From Deltaproteobacteria bacterium (GTDB taxonomy: Bacteria; Desulfobacterota; Desulfuromonadia; Desulfuromonadales; Geopsychrobacteraceae): a DNA stretch of 24,000 nt. A program made the position numbers and the translations under genes. Below, one piece after another: positions 7,455-15,733 of this stretch (position 1 is its first letter; the number at the start of each line of letters is the position of its first letter). Below the pieces are notes generated by a model that did not search any database, was not told the origin of the DNA, and was given only the letters and a program-made list of their open reading frames with translations. The stretch is taken from NCBI GenBank assembly GCA_024280335.1, contig JAJRQI010000007.1, positions 23,599 through 47,598 on the forward strand, read 5' to 3'.

Positions 7455-9744
7455 CGCTTAATCCTTTGTCTTTCAGATCCATGGCCCGCCGCGGGCATTC
7501 TGCCGCGCAGATACCACAGCCTTTGCAATATTCCTCATCAATCCGGTAACCGCTGTCGGTACGCGAGATCACCCCGTCGGGACAATAAACCAGACAGGTG
7601 TCGCACTGGGTACAGCGACCGCAGGAGAAACAGCGCTCCGCCTCCTCCTGACTGGAGAGCCCCAGATTGACCTCCTCGAAGCTGTTTCGGTAACTTTCCA
7701 GCGTTTTATGCCGGTCCTGATGCGGGGCGAGGATCGGAAAGTGCGAGAAGCGCACCTGAGCTGGTGCCACCAGCGAACCCTGCTGCAACTGTGTCGTTGT
7801 TGATTCAGCTCCGCTCAAGCTCGCCAAGGCGGCCAGCGCTGTCAGTCTACCATTGCCGATAGCGTGGGTTACGGTGCCGTCAGCGGTGGAACAATCGCCA
7901 GCAAACCAGATATTGAGCGGTTCTTCAGCGGCCCAGGCTCTGGCATCCCGCAGCTGCCAGGCATCCGGCAGCAGACCCAATTCGTTCTCCTGGCCCAGCG
8001 CCAGCAAGACCTTTGAGCAGGTCAATTCGGTGGTCCGCTCGGTCACCAGCGGTCGCCGCCGACCATCGGCATCGGGTTCACCCAGTTCGACTTCGGCCAA
8101 CACGATTCCGGCCACCTGGCCGACCCCGCGAAAGGCAACCGGTTGGCGCAAGGCCAGCAGCTGTACTCCTTCACGGATGGCGTCTTCGATCTCTTCATCG
8201 ATGGCGGGCATTTCATCACGACTGCGGCGATAGACCAGCTTGACTGAGGAGGCTCCGCTGCGCAGAGCACTGCGGGCACAGTCGATGGCTGTGTTACCGC
8301 CGCCGATGACGACTACGTCACCAGAGAGTTCTGCTTTTAACTCAGCCTCGCGATTGCGAGCCAGAAAGTCGAGCCCCTGCTCGATGCCGTCGAGAGTCTC
8401 TCCGGCGGCGGAGAGAGTATAAGCGTCACTGAAACCTTTGCTGACGATGACCGCGTCGAACTCAGTATGCAGCCGCTGCATTTCTGCCTGGTCGACCGGG
8501 TGCTCGCATTCGCTACGGATTCCCAGCGACAGGATACGCTTCAGGTCGCGCTCCAGCACCTCGTCCGGCAAGCGGTAGACCGGGATGCCGTAACGCAGGA
8601 CGCCGCCGAGCTTTGCTTCTTTTTCGAAGAGGGTCACCTGATGGCCGCGCAACGCCAGTTGATAAGCAGTGCTCAAGCCTGCCGGGCCGCCACCGACCAC
8701 CGCCAGCGAAAAGACTTTGTCAGCCATTTCGGCCTGCAAGAGGAATTCGGAATGATCCGAGATCCAGCGCTCCAGACTGCGAATATTGACCGCCCCGTCC
8801 ATTTGAATGCGATTGCATTCGTGCATGCAGGGGGCCGGGCAAACCCGCCCACAGACGGAAGGCAAGGCCTGGGTACGGAGGAGAACCTCTGCCGCAGCGT
8901 CGGGGCCGGAGGTTTTGAGCGCCTGAATAAAGCCGACCACGTCGTTGCCTGCCGGGCAAGCATGATTGCAGGGGGCGAGATAATCCTCGTAACCGGGAAG
9001 CTGGGTACTCCAGTTGCCGGTTTTTAATCGGCTCGGGATATCCTCTGCATGCTCGGTCTGCGGTTTAACCGGCGGTAGGCTGTTTTCCAGTTCGCCGCCG
9101 ACGGCCTCCCCGGTTACCGCACCGGCCGGTTGCCGGACACACACTTCCAGATAGGCCTCTTTGGCCGCCGGCAGGTCATCGACAAGCCCCATTTTGCGAT
9201 AGGCCTCTTCCAGCACCTCAAGCGGCAGACCGAGCAGTTTGGCGTAGGCTCCGACCAGGGTGGTGTTGATGATAACCACAGAACTGGTGCCGATGCCGTG
9301 CTTACGGGCGATCCCGGTGGCATCGATGATCCCGAAACGAAAATCGACAAACCGCTCGACATACTTCTCTGCCCGCTCGGCGCTGTTGAGCAGAATCACC
9401 GCACCGGCAGCGACACCGTCCAGCACTTGGGGGCCAAGCAGGGCCGCGTCGAGCACCAACAAATGGTCCGGCCGGTAAACCTTGTTGCGGTTTTTGATCG
9501 GCTCAGGATCGACCCTGGTAAAGGCCCGCACCGGAGCACCGGAACGTTCGGCCCCGTAATCGCCGAAGGTCTGCACGTTCAAGCCCAGCTGGGCATAGAT
9601 CGCAGCGATCAGCTTGGCGCAGGTGACCCCGCCCTGACCGCCGCGACCGTGCAGACGAATCTCCAACGGAAAGGAGATATCACTCGGCAGACCCGCTTTG
9701 CTTGATGTTCTCTTTGAAGAAACAGTTGATTTTTTATGACCCAT
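7444..9744 (-). CDS. Fusion protein: OFOR gamma domain + GltD/NfnB-like NAD(P)H flavoprotein (Fe-S, FAD, NAD(P) motifs) + OFOR delta-type 2x[4Fe-4S] ferredoxin
   Basis: Gamma domain: RLHGRGGQGGVTCAKL...GAERSGAPV. GltD-like module: CNHACPAG, CGRVCPAPCMHEC, VVGGGPAGLSTAYQL...FEKEAKLGGVLRYGIP, VVIGGGNTAIDCA, FAGDC. Delta domain: CFSCGRCTQCDTCLVYCP...CKGCGICAAECP. It is a single uninterrupted frame. The start is set at ATG 9744, with GGAG 6 nt upstream; the track start at 9804 is a TTG. Confidence 0.9.
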   Translation of the reverse strand: MGHKKSTVSSKRTSSKAGLPSDISFPLEIRLHGRGGQGGVTCAKLIAAIYAQLGLNVQTFGDYGAERSGAPVRAFTRVDPEPIKNRNKVYRPDHLLVLDAALLGPQVLDGVAAGAVILLNSAERAEKYVERFVDFRFGIIDATGIARKHGIGTSSVVIINTTLVGAYAKLLGLPLEVLEEAYRKMGLVDDLPAAKEAYLEVCVRQPAGAVTGEAVGGELENSLPPVKPQTEHAEDIPSRLKTGNWSTQLPGYEDYLAPCNHACPAGNDVVGFIQALKTSGPDAAAEVLLRTQALPSVCGRVCPAPCMHECNRIQMDGAVNIRSLERWISDHSEFLLQAEMADKVFSLAVVGGGPAGLSTAYQLALRGHQVTLFEKEAKLGGVLRYGIPVYRLPDEVLERDLKRILSLGIRSECEHPVDQAEMQRLHTEFDAVIVSKGFSDAYTLSAAGETLDGIEQGLDFLARNREAELKAELSGDVVVIGGGNTAIDCARSALRSGASSVKLVYRRSRDEMPAIDEEIEDAIREGVQLLALRQPVAFRGVGQVAGIVLAEVELGEPDADGRRRPLVTERTTELTCSKVLLALGQENELGLLPDAWQLRDARAWAAEEPLNIWFAGDCSTADGTVTHAIGNGRLTALAALASLSGAESTTTQLQQGSLVAPAQVRFSHFPILAPHQDRHKTLESYRNSFEEVNLGLSSQEEAERCFSCGRCTQCDTCLVYCPDGVISRTDSGYRIDEEYCKGCGICAAECPRRAMDLKDKGLSDAS

Positions 9745-9809
9745 TAAATACTCCACTGCCAGACTGGCAAGTTCGCAGAGAAAGCCTGCCTGAATTATAC
9801 TCAATATTT

Positions 9810-10892
9810 TTATGACTGGTCAGCGCGCTGACCGGAGGCCGTGGGGGCGGTGCAGCGCTCTTCAGCGATCGCGTCGGCAACCTCGCCGGTCGGACGCTCT
9901 TCCTGGCGGGCCCGCTCGAAGATCTCCAGCAGGTTGTCGTAAATGCCGTCGATGTGCCTGATCAGTGTTTCACGCTCGAAGCCGATACGCTCCTGGTAGA
10001 CGTCGATGATGCCGCCGGCGTTGATCACGTAATCGGGCGCGTAAAGAATTCCGCGTTCCATCAGCGCCACGCCATGTCGCGGTTCGGCCAGCTGGTTATT
10101 GGAAGCCCCGGCGACAACCTTGGCCTGCAGCTGCGGAATCGTTTGGTCATTAAGGATGGCACCCAGCGCGCAAGGCGAAAAAACGTCGACGTCGAGGCTG
10201 AAAATTTCGTCAGCAGCGACGACGGTGGCGCCCAGTTCGGTCGCCGCACGGTCGAGCTGTTCCTGATAGACGTCCGCCACCCAAAGCCTGGCACCCGCTT
10301 CATGCAGTTGCTGCGCTAGGTCGTAGCCGACGTTACCGATACCCTGCACCGCCACCTTGAGGCCGTCCAAACTGTCGCGACCGAGCTTTTCCTTGACGGC
10401 GGCCTTGATGCCGACAAAAGTACCGTAAGCCGTTGCCGGTGACGGGTCGCCGCTACGTATGCCGGTATCGGTCGGCTTATCGACGATACCGGCGACATGC
10501 TTGGTGAATTGCGCCATGTACTTGATGTCAGCGACACAGGTACCGGAATCTTTGGCGGCAATATAGCGACCGTTGACGCACTCGATGGCGCGCGCCAGCG
10601 CTTCCAGCAAGGCCGGCGTCTTCTGCGTACGCGGATTGCCGATCACCACCGACTTGCCGCCACCCAGTTTGAGATTGGCCAGGGCCGACTTGTACGTCAT
10701 GCCCCGCGACAGACGCAGCACGTCGCGAACCGCATCCTCCTCGGTCGCGTAGGGCCACATGCGGCAACCGCCGAGAGCCGGGCCGAGGTTGGAATTGTGG
10801 ATCGCAATGATCGCCTTGAGCCCGCTCTTGTCGTCGCTGCAAAAAACCACTTGCTCGTGGTCGGCAAAATCGCTCATTGAAAAAACAGTCAA
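9810..10892 (-). CDS. Leucine/phenylalanine/valine dehydrogenase (Glu/Leu/Phe/Val dehydrogenase family)
   Basis: [37 protein letters not shown] and [11 protein letters not shown] are strongly LeuDH/PheDH-like. The Rossmann motif is [11 protein letters not shown]. The TTG start at 10892 has AAGGGGA 4-5 nt upstream and gives an N-terminal length typical of LeuDH. The ATG at 10877 is the alternative. Confidence 0.9.
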   Translation of the reverse strand: MTVFSMSDFADHEQVVFCSDDKSGLKAIIAIHNSNLGPALGGCRMWPYATEEDAVRDVLRLSRGMTYKSALANLKLGGGKSVVIGNPRTQKTPALLEALARAIECVNGRYIAAKDSGTCVADIKYMAQFTKHVAGIVDKPTDTGIRSGDPSPATAYGTFVGIKAAVKEKLGRDSLDGLKVAVQGIGNVGYDLAQQLHEAGARLWVADVYQEQLDRAATELGATVVAADEIFSLDVDVFSPCALGAILNDQTIPQLQAKVVAGASNNQLAEPRHGVALMERGILYAPDYVINAGGIIDVYQERIGFERETLIRHIDGIYDNLLEIFERARQEERPTGEVADAIAEERCTAPTASGQRADQS

Positions 10893-10977
10893 AGTTGTCC
10901 CCTTTTCTTCCTTTGAAGTGCTGCAGTTGGCCGACGGTTCTCGGCCGAATAACAGTGTTTTGCTGGCTGGCTACAGT

Positions 10978-10993
10978 AGCAACGGGCTTGCCA
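10978..10993 (-). promoter_or_regulatory. Candidate sigma54 (-24/-12) promoter of operon 1
   Basis: The minus strand reads TGGCAAGCCCGTTGCT, against the consensus TGGCAC-N5-TTGCW with GG-N10-GC spacing. It lies about 85 nt upstream of the dehydrogenase start, and a sigma54 activator gene is adjacent. Confidence 0.6.
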
Positions 10994-11178
10994 TGTTTCG
11001 GGTGATCAACATGAAACCCGATCCGACAAGATAGTATTTTTTGAGGGATGAGTACAAAGTGTTGTATTCATGATGCTTTTAGCTACGGACTGGAGAGTTA
11101 AAACGGAGAAAAAACTTTACCTAGGGGTGAGATTGACCTGGTTCGGGGAGGGGATCGACTGAGACGGAGGGCATAAAC

Positions 11179-11194
11179 GGAAACCATAGTTTCC
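11179..11194. promoter_or_regulatory. Palindromic box 1 (GGAAACCATAGTTTCC), candidate enhancer/UAS
   Basis: Perfect 6+4+6 inverted repeat about 200 bp upstream of the sigma54 promoter. It is near-identical to box 2 over about 21 nt. Confidence 0.45.
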
Positions 11195-11248
11195 ATTGCC
11201 TGCTGACATCTTACCTAACCTGCTAAAAGTAAAAAGGAAACAACCCGC

Positions 11249-11264
11249 GGAAACCTTAGTTTCC
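11249..11264. promoter_or_regulatory. Palindromic box 2 (GGAAACCTTAGTTTCC), candidate enhancer/UAS
   Basis: Perfect 6+4+6 inverted repeat, centre exactly 70 bp from box 1. It contains the stop codon (11256-11258) of the activator gene. An extra GGAAAC half-site lies at 11236-11241. Confidence 0.45.
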
Positions 11265-12857
11265 ACTGGTCTCTTTGGTTTCCACTTGCGGTTGATACTT
11301 TTTCAGTTTTTTCAAGAGTGCCGTATGCGACATTCCTAACCGCTTGGCTGCCTGTCGTTTGCTGGGTGAAGACTGCAATGCCTCGGCAATGATCTGACGC
11401 TCCAGTCGTTCAACCTGGCTGGCAAGCGGCTCCGTGCCGCTGATCCCTTCTGTACTGTTGCCGGACTGGCCGAGTTCAAAACTGAAGCGGATGCTGTCGC
11501 TGCTGAGCTGTTCGCTGCCGCTGCCGCTGAGAATCGCTGCTCGCTCGATGACATTGCGCAGCTCGCGCACATTCCCCGGCCAGCGGTGGCTTTTGAGCTT
11601 TGTCAATGCTCCCTCCGTCAACTGCCGGGCCTGCATCCCGAGGCGGACATCGACCTGGAACAGGAAATGTTCGGCGAGCAGCGGAATATCCTCAATCCGG
11701 TCACGCAGCGGCGGGATATGCACCGGGAAGAGGTTGATCCGGTAGTAGAGGTCCTCGCGGAATCCCCCCTGTTTGACCAGCTGTTCGAGGTCACGGTTGG
11801 TGGCGGTGATCACCCGCGTGTTGACGGTAATCTCCTCGTTGCTGCCGATGCGTCGCAATTTGCCGTCCTGAATGATGCGCAGCAGCTTCGCCTGCAGCAA
11901 GGTCGGTATCTCAGCGATCTCATCGAGAAAGATGGTGCCACCCCGCGCTGCCTCGAAGAGGCCGGCCCGGCCCTCCTTTTTCGCCCCGGAGAAGGCTCCG
12001 CCGACATAACCGAACAGCTCGCTTTCGAGCAGGTTTTCCGGCAGGGCCGCGCAGTTGACCGGGATGAACGGACCGCGGCAGCTGCTTGCAACATGGATGG
12101 CGCTGGCGAACAGTTCCTTGCCGGTGCCGCTTTCGCCGAGGATCGAGACAATGCCGTCGGTGGCGGCGATCTTTTCGGCAAAGGCGATCGCCCGGCGCAG
12201 CGCCGGTCCCTGACCGACCATATCGTCGAAGGTCACCTGCGGCTCCCGAGCCACCGCGCTGGCCAGTTCGCGGATCTCTTTCATGTCCTGCAGCACTTCG
12301 ACCGCGCCGACAATCCGCCGGTGCGAATCATGGATCACCCGTCCGGTGGTCAGATACTGGTGACGCTGGCTGCCACGGGTCAGGCTGCGTTTGATGTTGC
12401 GATAGGTGTTACCTTGGAGGCAGGTCAGCAAACTGGTATCGGGCAGTTTAAGATCGCACAGCTTGCGTCCGATCAGTTCTTCTTCGCGGCAGTTAAGCAT
12501 CTTGCGGGCGACGCGGTTGATGGTGGTCAGCTCGCCCTCTTCATTGATCGAGAGGATCCCGTCGCTGATGCTGTCGAGCACCACCTGAAAGCGTTTTTCC
12601 CGGCGCTCCTGCGGCATGGTCCGGATCGCAGCGGCACAGAGAATGTTGGGGATTGCCTCCAGTGCCGAAAAAACTGCCTGCGGATCCAGAGCTTGAGCCT
12701 CGCTTTCTAGATCCAGGTAGACAAAGGTCGCCGCACCGCTCTTCTCCACCTCCATGAAGATAATGTTCAGGTCGTTTTCCGCCAGCACTGCGGCAACCTG
12801 AGCCATGGCTCCGACACGATCGACAACCTGCAATTTCAGTTTGATATTGGATGACAT
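11256..12857 (-). CDS. Sigma54-dependent transcriptional activator, ACT-PAS-AAA+-HTH (TyrR/PhhR-like architecture)
   Basis: ACT-like N-terminus: LQVVDRVGAMAQVAAVLAENDLNIIFMEV. PAS: LDSISDGILSINEEGELTTINRVARKML. AAA+: ILGESGTGKELFA, ESELFGYVGGAFSGA (GAFTGA variant), IFLDEI, WPGNVRELRN. C-terminal HTH: RQAAKRLGMSHTALLKKLKKY. The ATG at 12857 has GAGG 5 nt upstream; the track start at 12863 is a GTG. Confidence 0.9.
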   Translation of the reverse strand: MSSNIKLKLQVVDRVGAMAQVAAVLAENDLNIIFMEVEKSGAATFVYLDLESEAQALDPQAVFSALEAIPNILCAAAIRTMPQERREKRFQVVLDSISDGILSINEEGELTTINRVARKMLNCREEELIGRKLCDLKLPDTSLLTCLQGNTYRNIKRSLTRGSQRHQYLTTGRVIHDSHRRIVGAVEVLQDMKEIRELASAVAREPQVTFDDMVGQGPALRRAIAFAEKIAATDGIVSILGESGTGKELFASAIHVASSCRGPFIPVNCAALPENLLESELFGYVGGAFSGAKKEGRAGLFEAARGGTIFLDEIAEIPTLLQAKLLRIIQDGKLRRIGSNEEITVNTRVITATNRDLEQLVKQGGFREDLYYRINLFPVHIPPLRDRIEDIPLLAEHFLFQVDVRLGMQARQLTEGALTKLKSHRWPGNVRELRNVIERAAILSGSGSEQLSSDSIRFSFELGQSGNSTEGISGTEPLASQVERLERQIIAEALQSSPSKRQAAKRLGMSHTALLKKLKKYQPQVETKETSGN

Positions 12858-12916
12858 GGCCACCTCGGCTTTGACTGCCTATGTTAACAAAGGAAACTGC
12901 TACCCATAAAGGAGTA

Positions 12917-13780
12917 TCAGTCCGCCAGCCCCATATCCCGGTGTAACGCTTCGCGCAGCCGCCGGGCGACCGGTCCGACCGCGCCCTGATGGATGGTAAA
13001 ATCGTCGACCTTGATCACCGGCATCACCTCAAGCGAGGTCGAGGTGATGAAAACCTCATCGGAATCAAGCAGGCTCTGCAGCTTGAATTCGCCGCAGACA
13101 ACCGGCAGTTTGAGCTGCTCTTCGCACAGTTGGATAATGGTCGAGCGGGTCACCCCTTCGAGCAGGCCGGTGGCCGCCGAGGGGGTGAAGACCTGCCGGT
13201 CTTTGACCCAGAAGATATTCGAGGCCGCCCCTTCGCAGACCTGTTGCTTGTTGTTGAGCATGATCACCTCAAAGGCACCGACCTCTTTAGCTTCGAGTTT
13301 GCCGAGCAAACTGTTGAGGTTGCTGATCGACTTGATCTTGGGATTGATCGCTTCGGGGGCATTGCGCCGCGTTTCAGCGACCCGCAGAGCGATTCCTCGC
13401 TGATAGTGCGGTTCGGCAAACCCGGTGAATTCGCGCGCAATGATCAGGCAGGTCAGATCTCCCTTACTCGCTCGCTGAAAACCGACATCGCCCGGTCCGC
13501 GGGTGATAGTAATCCGGTAGTAGACATCCTGCAATTCGTTGCGCCGCCGCAACTCAAACAGGATTTCCTCCAGCTGCTGCCGGCGGTAAGGCATCCGGTA
13601 GCGAAGCGCTTCAGCCGACATCTGCAGGCGTTGGTAGTGTTGGGGGAACCGGTAGAGTTTCCCGGCGACCAAACGGAAACTTTCGTAGATCCCATCGCCG
13701 TAGAGAAATCCCTGGTCGAAGACCGAGATTTTTGCCCGATCACCGTTGACAAACTCACCGTTCAGGTAGACATCGCTCAT
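12917..13780 (-). CDS. ilvE: Class IV (fold type IV) PLP aminotransferase, branched-chain amino acid / D-amino acid aminotransferase family
   Basis: YLNGEFV...AKISVFDQGFLYGDGIYESFR, YYRITITRGPG, NPKIKSISNLNSLLGKLEA and EGVTRSTII are typical of short IlvE/Dat enzymes. The start is set at ATG 13780 (MSDVYLNG). Confidence 0.8.
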   Translation of the reverse strand: MSDVYLNGEFVNGDRAKISVFDQGFLYGDGIYESFRLVAGKLYRFPQHYQRLQMSAEALRYRMPYRRQQLEEILFELRRRNELQDVYYRITITRGPGDVGFQRASKGDLTCLIIAREFTGFAEPHYQRGIALRVAETRRNAPEAINPKIKSISNLNSLLGKLEAKEVGAFEVIMLNNKQQVCEGAASNIFWVKDRQVFTPSAATGLLEGVTRSTIIQLCEEQLKLPVVCGEFKLQSLLDSDEVFITSTSLEVMPVIKVDDFTIHQGAVGPVARRLREALHRDMGLAD

Positions 13781-13874
13781 TGCGGCCCCGCAAAACTTAT
13801 GTAAAGACAGAGGTAACTTCAGCCGGATGGCCCCGCAGCGCTGCAATCCAGCTTATTCTGAAAAAGCTGCGACT

Positions 13875-14690
13875 TCAACTGCTGCTGAAGTCGGCGGGAC
13901 GTTTTTCCAGGAAGGCGTTAACCGCTTCAAGGTGATCGTCTGTGTGGTGCGCCATCCCCTGAAATGCGGCGCACTGATCGAGGAACTCGGGCAGCTCCTG
14001 CCGCTGTCCGAGCTTGAGCAGGCGCTTGCTCAGGCGGACCGCTTGCGGTGGTTTCGCGGCGATCTCGGCGGCCAGTCCACGAGCTCTCTCCAGCAGTTGC
14101 TCCGGCGCGACGATCTCCAGCAGCAGACCGAGATCGAGAGCTTCCTGCGCCTTGACCAGTCGTCCGGTGAAGAGCAGCTCGGCGGCGCGCTGATAACCGA
14201 TCAGGCGGGGCAGAAACCAGGTGCCGCCATCGCCGGAGACGATCCCCAGATTGATGAAGGTCTCTCCCAGCAGGGTACTGGTCGAGCCGATGCGCAGGTC
14301 GCACATGCAGGCCAGATCCATGCCGGCACCGATCGCCGGTCCATTGATAGCGGCGATCAGCGGAATCTCGCTTTTTTGTATCGCCAGCGGTAACTGCTGA
14401 ATACCGCGCCGGTATTGATCCTGAATCTGCAACACCGAACCGCTGAACATCCCCTCACGATCGCGCATCTGCTTGATGTCACCGCCAGCGGAAAAGGCCT
14501 TGCCGCTGCCGGTCATAATCAGCACCGAAACCTCCGGGGTGCGGTTGCACCAGTCGAGGGTGGTCAGAATATCCGCAACCAGTGTCGTTCCGGTCAGCGC
14601 ATTGCGCACATCGTCCCGCGTAAAGGTCAGTTCGGCCACCCGGCTCTGTAAGCTCAGGGTAGCATCGGTCAGTTGCGGCAGTTCAGGCAT
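13875..14690 (-). CDS. Enoyl-CoA hydratase/isomerase (crotonase superfamily)
   Basis: LIMTGSGKAFSAGGDIK and AAINGPAIGAGMDLACMCDLRIG form the oxyanion-hole region. ATG 14690 (MPELPQL) has AAGGA 8 nt upstream. The track start at 14717 abuts the repeat. Confidence 0.85.
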   Translation of the reverse strand: MPELPQLTDATLSLQSRVAELTFTRDDVRNALTGTTLVADILTTLDWCNRTPEVSVLIMTGSGKAFSAGGDIKQMRDREGMFSGSVLQIQDQYRRGIQQLPLAIQKSEIPLIAAINGPAIGAGMDLACMCDLRIGSTSTLLGETFINLGIVSGDGGTWFLPRLIGYQRAAELLFTGRLVKAQEALDLGLLLEIVAPEQLLERARGLAAEIAAKPPQAVRLSKRLLKLGQRQELPEFLDQCAAFQGMAHHTDDHLEAVNAFLEKRPADFSSS

Positions 14691-14718
14691 CAGCGGTTCC
14701 TTTTGTGACTTGCACATT

Positions 14719-14817
14719 CCCCTCTCCCTGAGGGAGAGGGTGAGGGGGAAATCCTGGTTAATACCATCGGTACCCCCTCATCCGGCCTTCGGCCACCTTC
14801 TCCCTCAGGGAGAAGGG
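14719..14817 (-). repeat. Structured REP/MITE-like intergenic repeat, copy B (inverted relative to copy A)
   Basis: See copy A. The same four stem pairs are present, but the central loop has a different sequence and length: 24 nt (14749-14772) here versus 15 nt (5273-5287) in copy A. Confidence 0.85.
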
Positions 14818-14824
14818 TCAGTAT

Positions 14825-15733
14825 TTACTCCGCACAGAATTCCTGTCGGTAATCAGCCCACTTCTGATCGATTCGCTCCTGCATGACGGCAATCTGTTCA
14901 TCTGAGAGCGCCTTGAAGCGGGTTTGCATGCTCAGGTATTCCTGTACCGAAGGCAGTTTCGCTTTCTTCAGCAGCTTTCTGGAGGGCTCCGAGAGCTGTT
15001 TCTTGCCGTCTTCAATTTCATAGAGGTCAAACAGGCCACAGTCGATAGCGGCTTTGCCGATCTTGACCGTCATCCGTTCCTCGCAGCCCCAGCCGGGCGG
15101 ACAGGGGGTCTGGATATGGATATATTTCAGGCCGCTGATCTGTTTGGCCTTGAGCAGTTTGTCGTGAAAATCGAGCGGGTAGCTGGCCGAGCAGGTGGCA
15201 ACGTAGGCCGGATTGTGAGCGGCAACGATTTCGGGCAGGTTTTTGCCCTGCTCTTTTTTACCGTAGGGAGTGGTGGTGGTCAAACCGCCCTGCGGGGTGG
15301 TCCCCGAGCGCTGCACGCCGGTGTTCATGTAAGCTTCGTTGTCGTAGCAGATGTAGATAATGTCTTCGTTGCGTTCCAGTGCCCCGGAAAGCGCCTGGAT
15401 GCCGATGTCCGCTGTGCCGCCATCGCCGGCCCAGGCGACCACCTGGGTCTGTTTGCCGCGCCGCTTCATCGCCGCCCGCACGCCGGTAGCAATCGCGGCA
15501 GTGGAGGCAAAGGTGCCGTTGAGAATCGGCATCTGCGAGGCGGCAATCGGGAACAGCCCCTGCATGACGGTCAGGCAACTGGGCGGCACGACAAAGATAC
15601 AATCGCGCCCCAGAGCCTTGAGGCCGATCCGGTAGAGAATGCTCAGCCCGCAGCCGGAGCAGGCACGGTTGCCCGGATGAACAAACTCTTCAGTGCTGAG
15701 GTTGAGAACGTTGGTTTTGGCGGCAGTGGTCAT
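14825..15733 (-). CDS. OFOR beta subunit, TPP-binding (PorB/VorB-like), paralog 2
   Basis: Motifs GNRACSGCGLS and WAGDGGTADIGIQALSGALERNEDIIYICYDNEAYMNTGVQ. ATG 15733 overlaps the alpha stop as ATGA. Confidence 0.9.
   Translation of the reverse strand: MTTAAKTNVLNLSTEEFVHPGNRACSGCGLSILYRIGLKALGRDCIFVVPPSCLTVMQGLFPIAASQMPILNGTFASTAAIATGVRAAMKRRGKQTQVVAWAGDGGTADIGIQALSGALERNEDIIYICYDNEAYMNTGVQRSGTTPQGGLTTTTPYGKKEQGKNLPEIVAAHNPAYVATCSASYPLDFHDKLLKAKQISGLKYIHIQTPCPPGWGCEERMTVKIGKAAIDCGLFDLYEIEDGKKQLSEPSRKLLKKAKLPSVQEYLSMQTRFKALSDEQIAVMQERIDQKWADYRQEFCAE

Noticed and set aside
11061-11153. Short plus-strand ORF (about 30 aa, MMLLATDWRVK...) in the dehydrogenase/activator intergenic region
   Set aside because: It has no SD and no conservation signal that I can assess. 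It lies in a region better explained as promoter/enhancer spacer.
5228-14817. Checked whether the repeated elements could be a CRISPR array or IS terminal inverted repeats
   Set aside because: Only two copies exist, 9.4 kb apart. There is no regular repeat-spacer periodicity, and no transposase lies between them. The internal hairpin structure fits a REP/MITE-like element instead.
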